Below are positions 61,326 through 64,000 of a stretch of 64,000 bases of DNA, piece after piece. This DNA is from Basidiobolus meristosporus CBS 931.73. Taxonomy: Eukaryota; Fungi; Basidiobolomycota. The notes beneath the pieces are model-generated. The model saw nothing but the letters and a program-made list of their open reading frames with translations. It searched no databases and had not been told where the DNA came from. Each line of letters opens with the position of its first letter. Within the stretch, counting starts at the first letter, position 1. The stretch is from the NCBI GenBank assembly GCA_002104905.1, contig MCFE01000285.1, positions 39,142-103,141 of the forward strand. The letters run 5' to 3'. The translations under genes and the position numbers were made by a program.

Positions 61326-62633
61326 ATGGCTAGATTAATCACCCTTTTCATTGCAGTTGCTATTGTTCACCCAACCTTTGGTGCCGTTCTTCCTCGTGGA
61401 AACGAAGTTTATACACTTCCGATTCGTCGTTCATTTGCCCATGCGTCCAGTATATCGCGTAGAAGTGTGTATGCTAGAGCAGTAGGAAGCATCCCAGCTC
61501 AAAGTAATGTGGTCCATGTAACTACTTTTTTCATTCCACTATATCGTCGATTCTGAATAGTAATGAAGCATACCTATATATACACAGTATACCGCCTCCA
61601 TTGGGATCGGAACTCCACCTACTTCCTATGATCTTCTGATCGATACCAATTCTGCCAATACATGGGTAGGAGCACAGAAGGCCTACGTTCATACCAGCAC
61701 CTCCACCCAGACTGCAGATTCGGTTTCCGTCACTTATGGAAGTGGTTCATTCTCGGGAACCGAGTTCAGCGATACGGTGACGATTTCGCCTGGATTGGTG
61801 GTTCAATCTCAATCAATTGGGGTAGCTTCCTCATCTCAAGGGTTTACCGACTGCGACGGGATACTTGGTTTAGGTCCAGTTGATCTAACCCTTGGCACGT
61901 TATCTCCCAGCACTGGCTCCACAGTCCCTACCGTTGTGGACAACCTGTTTTCACAAGGTACAATCCCTAGCAATGTTTTTAGCCTCTCATTTGAGCCATC
62001 TACTTCGCTGACTTCCACGAATGGTGAGATTACGTTTGGTGGCACGGATTCGACCAAATACACTGGCAGCATTGCTTATGCTCCTATCACTGCAACATCT
62101 CCGGCAAGGGATTTTTGGGGTGTTGACGGGTCCTTCCGATATGGTGTTTCTGAGTCTATCTTGTCAACTACCGCCGGATCCGTTGATTCAGGCACAACAT
62201 TACTCTTACTGCCAACAGATGCATTCCAAAAATACTTGAAAGCAACAGGGGCGGTGATTGATAAAGCTACTGGGTTGCCCAAGCTTACTTCAGCCCAATT
62301 CGCCAAGCTGAAGTCGCTTTTCATTACCATTGGAGGCACTACACTAGAGCTCACTGCAAATGCCTGCATATTTCCTCGGGCATTAAACACTCAAATCGGT
62401 GGAGAGGCTGGGGGTATCTATCTTGCATTTGGTGATTTAGGTTCGAACTCAGGTGCAGGCTTAGATTTCATTTTGGGGCTGACGTTCCTGGAGAGGTTCT
62501 ATAGTGTATACGACGCAGATAACAAGAGAGTTGGTAAGTTGATAGCTTACGGAGGCCCTCGTTTTCTTTGTGCTAATATTCGTTATGCTTAGGTTTCGCC
62601 ACTACTCGTTTCACACATGCGAACACGAATTGA
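61326..62633 (+). CDS. Secreted A1 aspartic protease (polyporopepsin-like), copy 2, full length (392 aa, 3 exons)
   Basis: Exons 61326-61517, 61588-62533, 62593-62633; signal peptide and propeptide; DTN and DSG motifs; flap VTYGSGS; DGILGLG; FLERFYSVYD...RVGFA. Confidence 0.92.
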
Positions 62634-62959
62634 TTCCATACCATTGATTGCGTATCTCTTATACCAAGATTATACTTTTGCATGCATACGTGAAGTATAC
62701 CTAATAAATGAATAAGTAGACTTTTGCGTGACAATTAATCCCAATGCACCAGTGTTGAAATTTTTTGAAAAGGAGGGTTTCGGAATGCAGTGCATCACCT
62801 GTGGCCACCCTGTGAATTGTAATGTTACTATCTAATACAAGCTAACTATTTCTGAAGGATCGTTATACCAACACTCTGATATAGGAATCATGTATAGCAA
62901 TAGTAATAATAATGAAGCTCAGTTTTGATATGGTAAAGAGAAGAGTATTTGAGGGTATC

Positions 62960-64000
62960 GAATCAAGATTGAGGGAGATGTCAGACATGATTGCCAAATA
63001 TGTTCTCAGGGTTTTTCTTACCCATTGTGATAGATTACAGCCCAACACTACAAATTGTCATTTTGTGATTTCCTATTCGGTCCAATGCTGACAGCTCCAG
63101 ATATTGGGTTCGTCCTTTATCGTCAAGCAGCTCTCAGATAGTTTTGGATATCATTATTACAAATTGAGTAGCATATTTAGTATGCACTACCAACCAAGTT
63201 ATTCAATTAATAGTAAAGAAGGCTAACCCTAAACACCACATATCTCATTAAGTTGTAGATCATCTTTATTTGATGCTTCCTTGTCAGCAAGAAATCATTC
63301 CCATACATAACTGAAGTACACTTCTTGCGTTAATCCCAATAATACAGATCATATTTCTGAGAGTTTGTGCGCTGCAAGTTGAGTTGAAAGTGTGCAAGGG
63401 AATCAAAAAGTAGATTGTGCTTATAGTCAAGCAGAATGTTAAATGTATATCATAAGGGATTCTATTGTACGAGATATAGTTCAATACTACATAGTATCGA
63501 TTATCAGCCATAGATGAGATGGTACACAAGTATTGATCATAAGATAAACAGTTCTGAAGTGATGGTACATTATCTTGGCTGAACCCATCAGGGATTTCTT
63601 CTGCTTTGCTACAAAGAATGGATAAGTAGTGAAATTGCTACATGTAATGATAGCCAAATCTGATCGAAAACACCTCTATTGAATACAATAGTTGAGTAGC
63701 TTCAAAATAATCTATTGCCGATATCATGCTATTTTATATGCACAAGTGCTGCTGCCAATGTGCCAAGATTTCACCGTCAATATTGCGCAAACATAGAGTC
63801 ATGAAATAGCATGAATGGAAGTAAAAACTTGAAGTATCCACAGGTTCTGCAGCTCGTGTATCTAGTTTATAGATCAATATCCGCATTTTTATACGACTCT
63901 AATTGCAAGGACTACTTTATCCTAGAGACGTTGCGTATACAGACATCGTGACATTTTATTTGGCATTGCATATGATCAGCATTTTCCTATTTACCACTAG
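62960..64000. repeat. Third copy of the ~1 kb non-coding spacer of the POT array (others at ~48530-49574 and ~56110-56990)
   Basis: Long colinear matches, e.g. gattacagcccaacactacaaattg and gtgccaagatttcaccgtcaatattgcgcaaacatagagtc. Confidence 0.9.

Noticed and set aside
46600-64000. Array as a pure assembly artefact
   Set aside because: Each copy has its own substitutions, distinct flanks and unique deletion junctions; long-read confirmation is still advisable.

Overview
Eukaryotic window from an intron-rich fungus, most likely an early-diverging (zygomycete-grade) lineage; the species cannot be fixed from sequence alone. No rRNA, tRNA or CRISPR array was seen. There are three compartments. 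(1) 1-21.5 kb is an almost CpG-free graveyard of nested transposons: a CACTA/EnSpm-like repeat in alternating orientations, a full-length Ty3/Gypsy chromovirus (LTRs, 5-bp TSD, self-priming PBS, solo LTR splitting its integrase) and nested Ty1/Copia elements. (2) 21.8-46 kb is a CpG-rich gene block: mei2-like RRM gene, SAM-domain Bck1-type MAPKKK, MEF2-type MADS-box factor, a clear SETD7 (MORN+SET) homolog, RPS27, ICP55, an orphan ORF, a GST and two tandem MDR/quinone-reductase genes. (3) 46.6-64 kb is a tandem array of four ~99% identical POT/PTR peptide transporters plus a fifth 5' remnant. Three of these loci lie head-to-head with a partner: twice a secreted polyporopepsin-like aspartic protease with an unusual DTN motif, once an intronless bacterial-type GNAT acetyltransferase. 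This co-amplified protease-transporter module is the most interesting candidate system. All family assignments come from motif recognition, not database searches.
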